Notes: generated by a model not told the origin, from the letters alone. Shown: positions 38,070 to 48,864, numbered from the stretch's first letter. The stretch: 64,000 bases of DNA from an uncultured candidate division Zixibacteria bacterium (GCA_963801605.1 CAWDFP010000011.1:32001-96000), one strand, 5' to 3'. Numbers and translations: made by a program.

Positions 38070-39212
38070 TTATCGGCCCTCGATTTCAATTGTGCCGATC
38101 CCGCTGACTTTCAGCTCTATGCGGCCTGCCCCGGCCCCCAGCGTGCCCTCCAGGCGGGTGGCATCGAGGAAAGTCGGCTTCACCGGCAGATCGGTGGTGT
38201 AGATTCGCCCGCCATCATCTACAGTTGCGGCAATTTGAGAGGAGGTGTTCGGCGGAATGGCGAGAACAATATTATTATAAGTGTTGAACATGAACAATTG
38301 GCTCTCGTCTTTGAGATCGAGTCCGGCTTTGATAGGGGAGTAGCTGGTTTCAAATCGGGATTGCCCCTGCGTCAAGATGCAATCATTAATATCGATAGGG
38401 CTGAAAGAAGTTTCGCAGATTATCTCGCCGGAGACATCATTAAGCGTGATGGGCGAGTAACTGGTCCTGAAAACTGCGGAGCTTCCCTTGGCCAGAATAT
38501 CCGTGGCTTTTATTGGCGAATAGGAGGTGTAAGCCTCGACTGGTCCCTGTATATTGGAAAGATCGATTGGCCCTCCGGTATTCTTAAAGATGGCGCTTCC
38601 CAGAGGCACATTAATATCAGTGGCTTTAATGATAGCGTAACGCGTTTCGGCTTTAATGCTGCCGGTGATATCCGTCAGATTAATCGCGGCGAAGGTGGTG
38701 GTCAGATCAAGCGGACCATTTATCTCGGCAATATCAAATTCGGAAAATCCGCATTGCATATCCATTCCGCCGAATGGTCCGCGGACCTCCAATTTCATAA
38801 ACTGCAACTGGCCCTCGATCCTCATTTTTTCGGGGAGCTGCACGATGATATCGAGTGAAACGTGATAATTGCTTCCCTCCCAGGGGGAATCGGATGGCGT
38901 CAGGATGGTCAGCACTGATCTATCCGTACCCGGTACCAGCCTGAGATCAATCAGGTCTATAAAACGCTGAGCCTGTGATTTGTTATCGGCCTCGGCCCAT
39001 TTTTTATAGGAGATATTAATTAGATTTTCGTCAGCGGGAATAATTTTGATATTGCCATTAAGATTTCGGCTGCCATGAATTTCAAACACCAACTTGCCAT
39101 CAGCCGAGGCGCTTAGTTGGCCGGTTTGTTCTACCGGTTCTCCGGCCGATGCCAATGAAACCGCGGCAAAGATTGCCAGCATACAAGTTATCGTTTCTCG
39201 AACCTTTCTCAT
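38070..39212 (-). CDS. DUF4097-like beta-strand repeat protein, secreted
   Basis: Signal peptide; repeated I.G.(L/V)...T.Y..I units; C-terminal GTLGAGAGRIELKVSGIGTIEI. Confidence 0.75.
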   Translation of the reverse strand: MRKVRETITCMLAIFAAVSLASAGEPVEQTGQLSASADGKLVFEIHGSRNLNGNIKIIPADENLINISYKKWAEADNKSQAQRFIDLIDLRLVPGTDRSVLTILTPSDSPWEGSNYHVSLDIIVQLPEKMRIEGQLQFMKLEVRGPFGGMDMQCGFSEFDIAEINGPLDLTTTFAAINLTDITGSIKAETRYAIIKATDINVPLGSAIFKNTGGPIDLSNIQGPVEAYTSYSPIKATDILAKGSSAVFRTSYSPITLNDVSGEIICETSFSPIDINDCILTQGQSRFETSYSPIKAGLDLKDESQLFMFNTYNNIVLAIPPNTSSQIAATVDDGGRIYTTDLPVKPTFLDATRLEGTLGAGAGRIELKVSGIGTIEIEGR

Positions 39213-39256
39213 AATGGCTCCAGTTAATATACGATAACTTATGGCGGCTGTTGCAA

Positions 39257-40159
39257 CTAAAACTTTTCGATGCGCTTATTATATATGGCGGCGACCAGCA
39301 CCCGTCCCACCGCCTCCAGTGATTGCGGCGAGCATTTATCCGGTGTATCCTCGTGGGTGTGCCAATAAGGATAGTCGAAGTCTATGATATCTATGGCTTT
39401 GATGCCGCTCGACAGGAGGGGGATATGATCATCGGAAACAGAATGCTTTACCGAATCGATAAAGGCCGTTGAGCCAATCTCTTTGGCAACGCTCCAGATA
39501 TAATCGTTTATTTCGCCGGCGTAACGCTGCGAAATCGACTCGCGATATATTTGAAGGTCTTTATCTCCCACCATATCGAGTAATATTGCCATTCTGGGAC
39601 GATATCCTCCCAGATTTCGGGCAAAACGGGTGGAACCCAAAAACCAGCCCTTTTCTTCCCCGGCAAGCCCATAATCTTCACCATCGAATAAGACGATATC
39701 GACTCCCACTGGTGGTGGCTGCATGCTAAACAGACGGCCCATTTCAAGGAGGATTGCAACTCCCGAGGCGCCATCGTTTGCTCCGGGAATTGGTTGGTGA
39801 GCGAGGATCGAATCGGGGTCTTGATCGGCGCGCGGACGGCTGTCCCAATGGGCACAGAGCATAATACGTTTCTTCATTTTGGGATTATAGGAAGCTATTA
39901 CATTTGTCAATGAGAGAGTTTGTCCGCTGGAAGAATCTAAATAAGTAAAATTCTGTCTTTGACAAAGTTCGGTAGTGTTTTTTAGCCGGTCGAATAGATA
40001 TCCAAGCGCTTTTTCATGCGCCGGGCTATTGGGCACTCGGGGGCCAAAATCGCACTGCGCTACCAGGTCGTTATAAGCCCGAGTAGCGTCGAATTGCGGC
40101 GTTCCCCCGCAAGAGATAGTCAGAAAGGCGGTCGCTATCGCCGCTAATACGGTCCTCAG
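39257..40159 (-). CDS. M28-family peptidase / glutaminyl cyclase-like lipoprotein; CTG start overlapping the sprA stop
   Basis: AHWDSRP, GANDGASGV, FDGEDYG, LLDMVG, DDHIP, WHTHEDT; upstream in-frame LRTVLAAIATAFLTISC lipobox and FDATRAY..L..QCDFGPRVPNS. Confidence 0.85.
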   Translation of the reverse strand: MRTVLAAIATAFLTISCGGTPQFDATRAYNDLVAQCDFGPRVPNSPAHEKALGYLFDRLKNTTELCQRQNFTYLDSSSGQTLSLTNVIASYNPKMKKRIMLCAHWDSRPRADQDPDSILAHQPIPGANDGASGVAILLEMGRLFSMQPPPVGVDIVLFDGEDYGLAGEEKGWFLGSTRFARNLGGYRPRMAILLDMVGDKDLQIYRESISQRYAGEINDYIWSVAKEIGSTAFIDSVKHSVSDDHIPLLSSGIKAIDIIDFDYPYWHTHEDTPDKCSPQSLEAVGRVLVAAIYNKRIEKF

Positions 40160-43100
40160 AATCGAATCTCCGCGTTAATACCAAGTTCCCTGATATGATG
40201 CTTACGTTTCTGAATCTTATCGTTGGAATCGTCCCAGCGCGCTCTGAGACCGCCGGTGATGGCTTTGGAGAATTGATAATTAATACGGGGCTCAACTACG
40301 GTCTGAGAGCGGTTAACGTCCATTGATCTCGAACCGCCGGAGACAGATTCCGAGGTTGAGTTTTTCAAAGTTATATCGAGACTTATTGAAAGCTGGCTGT
40401 TGAATTTAACTCTCTTTAATAACGGCAGTTTCAAGCCTTTGGGGGCGCTAAAGCTATAGTTGAAAGACAACTTGATACTTTTATCGGTGCCGTAGGTATC
40501 ACGAATCGTCATACCCTCGCTTCTTAGATTTTGCGAGATATTTCGAATCAGATCGTAGCGCAGGCTACTTCTGACATTATTAAGGAAATTGATACTGATT
40601 GCCGCCAGAGGGGCCCATTGTTTGCCGGTGTCTCGTTTGTATAGTTCGCCGGTACTGGCGTCGCCGTTATTGTCAACTTTTTTAGAGTAGGATGTTTGCA
40701 GGGTGACGCCGTTGGAAACTTTTTTAAACAGCGATAATTTTTCCAGACCGGAAAGATTTACCTGAATATCCGGGAAGGTGACCGATTTTGTAAAAGTCGG
40801 AGTATTCGACGATAGCGTTTTGGTCTTTCGCATGCTATAGCCGCTATTGATATCGAGGCCATGGCCCGGCTGAAGCCCGGAATCCAATTGGTAATCATCG
40901 CTGAAAACCGATTGGTTTTGGCCGGCCAGACCTGACGTCGCCTTGGATCTGACGTTGGGGTCATTGATCAAGCCAAACATATATTGCCATGACGGTCTTC
41001 CAAGAAGCCCCTGGAGGGTCAGCTTTCTATCCTTCATGAATGACGCTTTGACAGGTTTGATAGCCCTGAAAAAGCCGGCAAAGCGCTGTAGCATCCAGGA
41101 TGGCGATCCAATTCCGGGGCCGGTTTTAGGCTCATCGAGCGAAGGCGCTTCGTCGCGCATTTTTTGAGCGTCAGTAGTATCTCCCTTGACCGGATTATCA
41201 CCTCCGCCGGGCAGATCGGGACGCTTGGGGGGAGTCGGAGTTGGCCGGTTGGGCGCTTTTATAAAAGAAAACAAGCTTTGCAGATTAAGCGTAACGTCAG
41301 TCTTAAATGTACCGCCCATCTGGGTAGCTCTGGTGGAATCGGGATTGCGGGTCAGATCGGAATTTTCCGCGTAGGTTGACGTGAAGGAGAATCTGTTTTC
41401 CAGGGGGTTGAATAACTTGGGCTGGAAACTGGATTCAAACCTTTGAGTGAACGATTCCTCCCGACCAAGTTTCAGTTTTGATGGGTTGATGCTGAGCTTG
41501 AATCGGTTCGGATCGCGTATATCTCTGGCGCTGGAAAGATTATATCCGGCGTGCAATGTCGAAAACAGATTCAGGGCGGTCGTGCCGTTAAGCGATAAAT
41601 CTTTCACGCGCGTGCTGGTGGTAATTCCTCGATAATTAAGGGTGCTGGATTTACTGCCATTGACCTCCCCGGTAAAACTAAGCTGAGTGGGAAGATAAAA
41701 TAGCTGGCTATTGTAAAATTTCGATGGCAGAAAAAGATATTTAGTCCAGAAAAATGGTTTGAATGACGGTTTTGCTTTGGGCGAAAGATCATAAGCTCCG
41801 GTACCTCTGTAGGTATCTCGTCGGTCTGAGGGGTTGGACGGAGATGTACCTTCGCTTCGACTGAAAGTATAGCCGGCCCTGATACGGTTCAGAGTCAAGT
41901 TCCAGAGCCAGTTATTGGTGGTACGATTGATAGATTCCGAAATGCTATAACTGAACGATTTGTTTTCGGTTTTCTCGATCTGCTGGGCTGCTGAATTGAG
42001 GATAATATCCGACCCCGGCTTGAGCCTTGGCAATGCCAGATTGCTTTGCCAGGAGACCGAAACAGGAATGGTCATTCCCAACGACGGCGGGAAAAATTTC
42101 TGAGGGTTGAGGTCAATTCTCAGGGCTTTACCGATACTCGTGGAGCCAACGGCTTTACCGGCGAGAGGCGTAAAATCGGCTCCGGTTCGGTTATAGTTCC
42201 CGCTGATTGTCATGAGATCCGAGAATCTGGCGGTAGCCTGAATTCGTCCGGCGAAATCGCTTTTGCGGCGTACGCCTGTAACTCTCATTTCGTCGATCCA
42301 GACCTCGCCGCTGTAAAGCTCCGTAGCCTGGCCGCCAACTTCCACTCCAACGATGAAAGTCTTTACCTGGGAGAGAGCCGGGTTGCCATGGATATGATAA
42401 TGGCCGTCGGTGGTGTCAGGCATCCAGGTGTTAGGAGCCGAATCGGGCTTGGGGGTTTTGAGCATCTCATATTTAAGCTCGGTGAGTTTGGCAAAGTCGA
42501 TATCTACCCAGTTATTCTGCGACCAGCCGGTATCGAGCACGGCTCTGTATTCATAATAATTCCGGGCATCCTGATCCTGGCTCAATCTTAGAAAGAATGT
42601 CAATTGTGCATCGCCGACTCTACCGGCGGTAATCGTATCCCCATGCACATACATCTTAAGATTCGAATATTGGGTGTAATCCTCGGGGGTATACAAATTC
42701 GTATAAGCGCCGCTGAGATGGCCGGATGCCAAATTTTGATAGGCCAGAACCAGCGACTGCTCTTTTTCTCTGATGCCGGTGCTGCGATCGAGATTTCCGG
42801 CCACTCCGGGAGGAGAATAATAACTGGAGTTTTCCTGAGTATTCTTGATCGTGATTTCGAATTTTTCCTCGGGCCGCAGCGTATCTCCGGCGGGGAATGC
42901 GATCGGCATCTCCAACCATCTATTGCCCACCAATTGAACTGATGCGATGGCCATTCTATGTGCCTTTTTGCCTCCGCCAAACCAGATTCGAGCGAAATTT
43001 ATCCTCTGGAAATCAGCGGATGTGCTGATGCCTCGGACTTTATATACGCTCGAATCCTGGAACGGAATCCTGAGAAGCTTCCAGCCGGTGCGAGTCGAAT

Positions 43101-46100
43101 CTGCCAGAAATTCGGGGTTCTTAAGGTGAATCGTATATTCGAAATATCCGTTCTGCGTATCGAGCGAATTATTGTTATTGATATCCTCGGTATCGGCACG
43201 GCCCCGCCGGTCGGGATCATCATTGTTTCCCTCGGTACCGTTGATATGAGAATAATCCGGATTATTCGGATTCTGATCGGGATTCCAGATCCAATCATCA
43301 TGATTGGGATCGGGGTTAGTCGCAGCATTATATCCCGGTTCCTGAGGATCAAATACACCATCGAGGCCGGTATCTTCCAGATCGGGCTCGAAAGTTCCAA
43401 TCGAGCCGGCATTTTGCCGATCTTCGCTATCGAGCCGTCCATTGTTGTTGATATCTTCTGAGACAGCCCCAAAATCGAGATTTAACGTCGGGTCCTCATT
43501 TAAATCCACTGAATCGGGATAATACCAAACCTCGATAAACTTCATATCCGTCTGATCGGCTAACCCGGCGAAAAACGGCCTCATGATTCCCGTCCAGGAT
43601 GATTCGGGGGCGGCGAAGGCTGTATCCGGGAAATAATTCAAAAATAAAACATCAATACGGTCGTCTTCTTGCTTTACCGAACGATCAGGCCAGATTTCGG
43701 TCAGACGAAGGGTGGTAATGGGATTATACCACCAGATATCGGATCTTCTTTCCAGAGGATATTTAACGCCGGATGGGTCAAGCGGAGGCGATGCCAGGGT
43801 CCAGATACCGCGCCTGGTGGAAAGATCGGTATAGCTTCTGGCGCCTTCGAAATCATCTATGAAAGCTTCATCCTTGGTATTGGGATTGGGAAAGCTCTGA
43901 GCAACTTCGCCTGTGACCTCAAAAGTGGAGGGAGCATCGGTCTGTATAAATGGCAGGAAGTTTACCATGTTCGTCATAAATTCGGGCTTGAAGTTGAAAT
44001 CGAAATTGCTATCCCAGACAAAACCTTTTTTAGGTTCACGTCCCACGCGCGGCCGAGGATCAGAAGCCGATTCCGAACGATACATGGCGGCCATGGTGAT
44101 ATTGGAATTATCCCAAAGAGAGTACTGCCCGGCCACGCCGAATAAGCTTTTCTTTTCCGGCATGAAGAATGGAGCGTACTCAAAATCTATCGAGACATTT
44201 GCGGCGGGATTCAAGGCTTGATCATTCAGGAAAGTAATCTGCCCGATATCGTAATTGATGTTGTAATCGACATCCCGGCGCAGGACAGTGCCGTCACCAA
44301 GTTTGACAACCTCGGAGTTGGGCATGATGTTGGCGCGGCCCAGGGAGAAAGTCGAAGCACGCGTGGATGTTTTTACATAAATATAATATTTACTGGAATT
44401 AGGCAGGGTAGGAGCATCACGAGGTTCATTGTATATATTGGGCACTCTTTCAGCCTCGGGAAGACTGTCACTGATAAAAGGGAATCTGCTGGGGAAAATG
44501 AGATGGCCCCTGGAGGCGTCGATCTTGGTATTGTTAAAATCGAATATACAATCGGCGCCCGGCGTTTGATTGTTGGTGAGACTATCCAAGCCCAGCAGAG
44601 TAATATAGCAATGGCTGTTCAAGTCTTCGGGATCAGTAATTTGGTCATTGACAGCACCCGTGCCTTTATAAATTTTCAGCTCAAAACCGTCCGGTGAAAT
44701 ATCCCGGGATCCCAAATCGTAGACATTGCGCCACATGCGGTTCCAGGTCGCAAAGGCCGAACTGGCATTATGGTGCTTCAAGAGCTGCAAAACCATAGTG
44801 GTATCGTTCGTGCCCTGATTACGGCGATAATTCAGGTTTCCAATTATGACTGTATCTATTTTCTGGTAGTTGGCCGGATCATGATGATAATATTTAATAT
44901 ATGCTCCTAAATCCTGGCTGGGTTGAATCGGTTTATTCAATACAATGTACCAACCCATGGGGACAACTACATAATCGGCAGGATAGACGGGTGCAAAAGG
45001 AGTATAAATATATTCGCCTCTGTCATATTCCTGGGAAGTCATACAGGGCAGGCTGTCGCAAGGGTTGACCACTGCAATTCCGTAAGGATCATTGGGAGGG
45101 GTGCCCGGCACATAAAGCTCCACCGAAAGGAGTGTATCCTCAGCAGTATGGTTCACATCCAACCAGAAATAAGTGTTGGCCAGATATTCGTAATCGCGAA
45201 TATTATGGGGGGTCCCCTTAGCGCCGGCGCTGATGGTAGATTTCTCGGTGGTTCCCTTTTCCTGACTGGTAATCATTGTGAGATCGAGATTTCCGATACG
45301 GGCGGTCGATTTGATACCGAATAGTCCCTGCACATTTTGAGAGTAACCAATTAGCTGAGCATTTGGCAGCGCTAGATTGGTATTACCGGCCTCGATGGTT
45401 TGAAGGATCTCATCCTCGCCGCCTTTGTAGCGCAGCTTGATGGTATTGGCAAGGTCGACATCGCGCTTGGAGTCCTGGTCAACCTCGACCGTAATCTTCG
45501 AACCGATATTGCCCGTTACCTTGAAACGCGAGGTTTGCTCCATTTGAAGGGTGGGGAATTTCGATTGTTTAAAGGTACCGGTATTCTTAAGACCATCTTC
45601 CCATTCCGAACGACCGGAAAAAGAGATCGACCGCGAGCCGTTGACCTGAATACTCGAGCGGCCCTCGCCGATAATACTGGTCACCGCCTTGGGCGGCTCC
45701 CAGGGAATATCAATACTGACAGCTCCCTTATTGTCGCCGACATCACCCTTGCCGAGAACCGTTCTGAGATCGTTTTGCCACGATTTATTGAGCGCGTACT
45801 GCCGTCTAAAACTCACATAGTTAGAAAGCTTCTCGACCTCAACGGACGGCAACAAGTACTCACCATAATAATCCCTTTGAACGATGTATTCACCGTCAGG
45901 GGAGAAGACTATATCACGTTTGTATTTTAGGGATGAAAACTTAAATAAATAACAAGGAGCGATATCATTAAGTCCCTTGCCGCTGGAGGGAGGACCTTCT
46001 TCCGCTCGAAGTACAAATCTGCTATTAATTTCCAGGGGAACTCTCAGATCACTGATTTCTGTCGCCCGCACCCCGGATGAGATGATCAGGATCGAGAGTA

Positions 46101-46128
46101 AAACGCCTATTCTAGTATACAAAGACAA
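40156..46128 (-). CDS. sprA: SprA/Sov-like outer-membrane translocon (type IX secretion system)
   Basis: 1990 aa; MEQ..F.VTGNIGSKI, KLRYKGGEDEILQTIEAGN, QGLFGIKS, LLGLD..FDF, RDVDYNINYDIGQI, AFIDDFEG, TEDINNN..LD, EQSLVL, GEVWIDEMR; terminal Phe. Confidence 0.88.
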   Translation of the reverse strand: MSLYTRIGVLLSILIISSGVRATEISDLRVPLEINSRFVLRAEEGPPSSGKGLNDIAPCYLFKFSSLKYKRDIVFSPDGEYIVQRDYYGEYLLPSVEVEKLSNYVSFRRQYALNKSWQNDLRTVLGKGDVGDNKGAVSIDIPWEPPKAVTSIIGEGRSSIQVNGSRSISFSGRSEWEDGLKNTGTFKQSKFPTLQMEQTSRFKVTGNIGSKITVEVDQDSKRDVDLANTIKLRYKGGEDEILQTIEAGNTNLALPNAQLIGYSQNVQGLFGIKSTARIGNLDLTMITSQEKGTTEKSTISAGAKGTPHNIRDYEYLANTYFWLDVNHTAEDTLLSVELYVPGTPPNDPYGIAVVNPCDSLPCMTSQEYDRGEYIYTPFAPVYPADYVVVPMGWYIVLNKPIQPSQDLGAYIKYYHHDPANYQKIDTVIIGNLNYRRNQGTNDTTMVLQLLKHHNASSAFATWNRMWRNVYDLGSRDISPDGFELKIYKGTGAVNDQITDPEDLNSHCYITLLGLDSLTNNQTPGADCIFDFNNTKIDASRGHLIFPSRFPFISDSLPEAERVPNIYNEPRDAPTLPNSSKYYIYVKTSTRASTFSLGRANIMPNSEVVKLGDGTVLRRDVDYNINYDIGQITFLNDQALNPAANVSIDFEYAPFFMPEKKSLFGVAGQYSLWDNSNITMAAMYRSESASDPRPRVGREPKKGFVWDSNFDFNFKPEFMTNMVNFLPFIQTDAPSTFEVTGEVAQSFPNPNTKDEAFIDDFEGARSYTDLSTRRGIWTLASPPLDPSGVKYPLERRSDIWWYNPITTLRLTEIWPDRSVKQEDDRIDVLFLNYFPDTAFAAPESSWTGIMRPFFAGLADQTDMKFIEVWYYPDSVDLNEDPTLNLDFGAVSEDINNNGRLDSEDRQNAGSIGTFEPDLEDTGLDGVFDPQEPGYNAATNPDPNHDDWIWNPDQNPNNPDYSHINGTEGNNDDPDRRGRADTEDINNNNSLDTQNGYFEYTIHLKNPEFLADSTRTGWKLLRIPFQDSSVYKVRGISTSADFQRINFARIWFGGGKKAHRMAIASVQLVGNRWLEMPIAFPAGDTLRPEEKFEITIKNTQENSSYYSPPGVAGNLDRSTGIREKEQSLVLAYQNLASGHLSGAYTNLYTPEDYTQYSNLKMYVHGDTITAGRVGDAQLTFFLRLSQDQDARNYYEYRAVLDTGWSQNNWVDIDFAKLTELKYEMLKTPKPDSAPNTWMPDTTDGHYHIHGNPALSQVKTFIVGVEVGGQATELYSGEVWIDEMRVTGVRRKSDFAGRIQATARFSDLMTISGNYNRTGADFTPLAGKAVGSTSIGKALRIDLNPQKFFPPSLGMTIPVSVSWQSNLALPRLKPGSDIILNSAAQQIEKTENKSFSYSISESINRTTNNWLWNLTLNRIRAGYTFSRSEGTSPSNPSDRRDTYRGTGAYDLSPKAKPSFKPFFWTKYLFLPSKFYNSQLFYLPTQLSFTGEVNGSKSSTLNYRGITTSTRVKDLSLNGTTALNLFSTLHAGYNLSSARDIRDPNRFKLSINPSKLKLGREESFTQRFESSFQPKLFNPLENRFSFTSTYAENSDLTRNPDSTRATQMGGTFKTDVTLNLQSLFSFIKAPNRPTPTPPKRPDLPGGGDNPVKGDTTDAQKMRDEAPSLDEPKTGPGIGSPSWMLQRFAGFFRAIKPVKASFMKDRKLTLQGLLGRPSWQYMFGLINDPNVRSKATSGLAGQNQSVFSDDYQLDSGLQPGHGLDINSGYSMRKTKTLSSNTPTFTKSVTFPDIQVNLSGLEKLSLFKKVSNGVTLQTSYSKKVDNNGDASTGELYKRDTGKQWAPLAAISINFLNNVRSSLRYDLIRNISQNLRSEGMTIRDTYGTDKSIKLSFNYSFSAPKGLKLPLLKRVKFNSQLSISLDITLKNSTSESVSGGSRSMDVNRSQTVVEPRINYQFSKAITGGLRARWDDSNDKIQKRKHHIRELGINAEIRF

Positions 46129-46241
46129 CGTACACCCTGCCGCCGTCGGCGGTTTTTAGATGCTACATTCAGTCTTTAGCGAATGTCCCTAAGTCCTCCT
46201 TTGATATTTGGTTTTCATTACGTGCTCGCTGCACGTTCTCG

Positions 46242-47156
46242 CTACGGGTCAATATACAATATTTCCCGTTTTAAATCCAGACCAAACTTCGCCCTGGCAG
46301 CCGCTATCATGTTGGCGACTAAAGTCTTTACATCACTTGAGGTTGCGCCGCCCAAATTGACTACAATATTGCAATGCTTTTCAAAGACAGCGGCCTGGCC
46401 GACTCTCATCCCCCTAACTCCAGCAGCTTCAAGGATTTTTCCCGCTGGAGTAACATTGGTGGGATCTTCAAGCGATCTCAGGTTTTTAAATACCGATCCG
46501 GCTGATCCCAAACCTACCGGATGGTGGTCTTGACGGAATTTCCGCCTCTCATTAATAATATCGGCTAATTTTTGTCTGTTCTCAACTTTTAATACCAGCT
46601 TGACTGTCAATACAACGTCTCCCGAATCCGAAAGGGATGATTTCCTGTACGCGAACTTGAAATGATTATTATCGACAATGGCAATTTGACCGTCATGAGT
46701 GTAAAGCACGGCGCTTCGAAGGATTTCGTTGATGGCATGACCAAAGGCTCCGGCATTACCATAAACCGCTCCGCCGATCGTGCCCCGGATTCCGGCTGCA
46801 TATTCGAGTCCTCCCAGTCCGGCCTCCAGAGCGGCATCAACCATCTTATCGACCACCGCGCCCGATTGAGCGGACATTCCATCGGGATAGACCCTAAATT
46901 TCGCGCACTCGTCCTTGATGATAAGCCCGGTATATCCGAGATCATCAAAAAGGATATTCGATCCGCCGCCAAGAACAAAAAACTTGATGCCCAGATCGCG
47001 CGCGGCCCGCACTGCTCTGATTATTTCGGTCGGGGTTTTCGCTACGAAAAAGAAGTTAGCTGGTCCGCCGATTCCGAAACTGGCATACGGCGCCAGGATT
47101 ACATTCTGCTCCACGCGGCCATCGAGCTTGCTATTCAAAATTTCTGCACTTGTCAT
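46242..47156 (-). CDS. murB: UDP-N-acetylenolpyruvoylglucosamine reductase
   Basis: FGIGGPA, LGGGSNIL, GLEYAAGIRGTIGGAVYGNAGAFG, FAYRKS, SAGSVFKN, KHCNIVVN.GGAT; exact start uncertain. Confidence 0.95.
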   Translation of the reverse strand: MTSAEILNSKLDGRVEQNVILAPYASFGIGGPANFFFVAKTPTEIIRAVRAARDLGIKFFVLGGGSNILFDDLGYTGLIIKDECAKFRVYPDGMSAQSGAVVDKMVDAALEAGLGGLEYAAGIRGTIGGAVYGNAGAFGHAINEILRSAVLYTHDGQIAIVDNNHFKFAYRKSSLSDSGDVVLTVKLVLKVENRQKLADIINERRKFRQDHHPVGLGSAGSVFKNLRSLEDPTNVTPAGKILEAAGVRGMRVGQAAVFEKHCNIVVNLGGATSSDVKTLVANMIAAARAKFGLDLKREILYIDP

Positions 47157-47179
47157 TACCACGAAAAAAACTTCACTTT

Positions 47180-48764
47180 CTAATTTTCCGGATTCCATTC
47201 CATATTGGCGAGTTTCAAGAGCGAAATAGCCAGGGAGATGGCCAAAAATCCGCAGGACACCAGTAACATAAAGATTATCGGACTTATGAAACCTGATAGA
47301 AACCGCGAGACCAGATAGACCAATCCGTAAAGTCCAAATCCGCTGAACATCATCAAAAGAGCATAAAGAAAGGCTCCGCCGCCCTTAAGCATTCGTCGGG
47401 GATGTTCCCAGCTGAAATTGGCAAAGAAAATTCCCAGAGGCAAACCCATTGATAGCCCAACCCATGCAAAGCCAATCATAAATAGAATGACGATAGGGTC
47501 TGTTATTCGTCCGGTTACGAAATGAATAATCCCAACCAGGGCGGAAAATACTGTTACAAAGATTAGGCCGATTATCGTTTTGCTTAATATCGTCAGGTTG
47601 CGGCCATTTGGAGTTGACATATTCTGCCAGAAACCAAGCCTCTCCATGGGAATCAGGCGACTGCCGATCTGTCCGCCGAAAAAGGCCGCGAAAAGAGCGG
47701 TTACCGGCGAAAGCGAAAGTTTGGTCAGGCCTGCAAGTTCATCTTTACCGGTAACGTAAGGATAGAGCAGAAGAAACACCAACATTATCAAGCTTTGCGT
47801 CACAACGCCCGGGCTCGCGCCAGAAAATCGCGAGATCTCGTCTGATATGAGCCATGAGAGGTGAGCCTCCCATGCTAATCCCGGATATCGCCGCTGACGG
47901 TAACGCGACTTCTTCACCAATACCGTTAGCATAATGACGGGAAATCAGGATTAGCGCGATATAGATTAATGCCATTGAAACTATCGCCAGTATTCCCATG
48001 AATGCCAGGCTTTGTCCCCAATGTCCGAAGGCCGCTTCCTTTGTAGCGCCATAAGCCCATCCCGACGGCAGCCATTTGAGTATCGGCGACGATACATATT
48101 TGGCCATTCCCTCAAATGGTATATTCATATCGGGTGTTTCCGATGAAAAACGGCCGTTGAAACGGTTCATGAACGCCCAGAAAATAACACCAATCAAGCT
48201 TCCGATAATCGTGATTGCGGTTTTGAGTCTTGCTTTGGGAATTCTGCGGCTTAAAAATGATGCGATAATAATACCCAGCGCCCCGGGTATTACGGCCATT
48301 AGAGTTGCTACAATGATCACTATAAAATAATAGGGAAATGCGGCGTGGTAATGAAGACCCAGAGTGATCATAGTGGGCACAATCAGGAGAAAGGAGAATC
48401 GCATATTCTGATAGGTGGCATCTGTGATTTTGTAGATGAATATGTCGCGCGGCTTGATAGGCATAGTTAACAGCAGCTTTAAGTCATTCGAGAAAAAGAT
48501 GGTGAGTATCGCCATCGATAGACCCCAGAAGCACAGCCACATAAACATGCCGTGAAAAAGCATGGCAGTCAGGAAATCTATAAATTTCTCACCCTGCTCA
48601 GGGTTTATTTTGGCAAATTCATATATTCCGATAAAAAAGCTGATAAAGGCAAATGCCACAGCTAATAAAGCAAAAAGGAATAACAGGGTCTGTCCGACTT
48701 TTTTGCCTCCCTTAAACATCGAGAGAAGCATTTTTAAACGATATTTAATGAGGGTGAGGATCAT
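47180..48764 (-). CDS. Putative ABC exporter permease; indel near 47810 joins two track ORFs
   Basis: Multi-TM protein; FFSNDLKLLLTMPI, WLPSGW, RDLAIFWREP|GVVTQSL, ERLGFW; downstream of an ABC ATPase. Confidence 0.75.
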
Positions 48765-48813
48765 AACGATTATTTATAATGTTCCGATATTGCCTATCTT
48801 TTTGTGGTAGATT

Positions 48814-48864
48814 GCAGGTTGGGTTTCTCACTCGGTCAAGACCCTTGCTCGAAACCTGACTTAC
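48814..48864. repeat. REP-like element between ABC ATPase and permease genes
   Basis: Reverse complement GTAAGTCAGGTTTCGAG..GAGAAACCCAACCTGC; same family as the elements at 12624 and 52541. Confidence 0.6.

Noticed and set aside
38055..38858. Long antisense ORFs (e.g. 267 aa here, 215 aa at 25864-26511, 192 aa at 35004-35582)
   Set aside because: They are shadows of well-supported genes on the opposite strand and have no recognisable motifs
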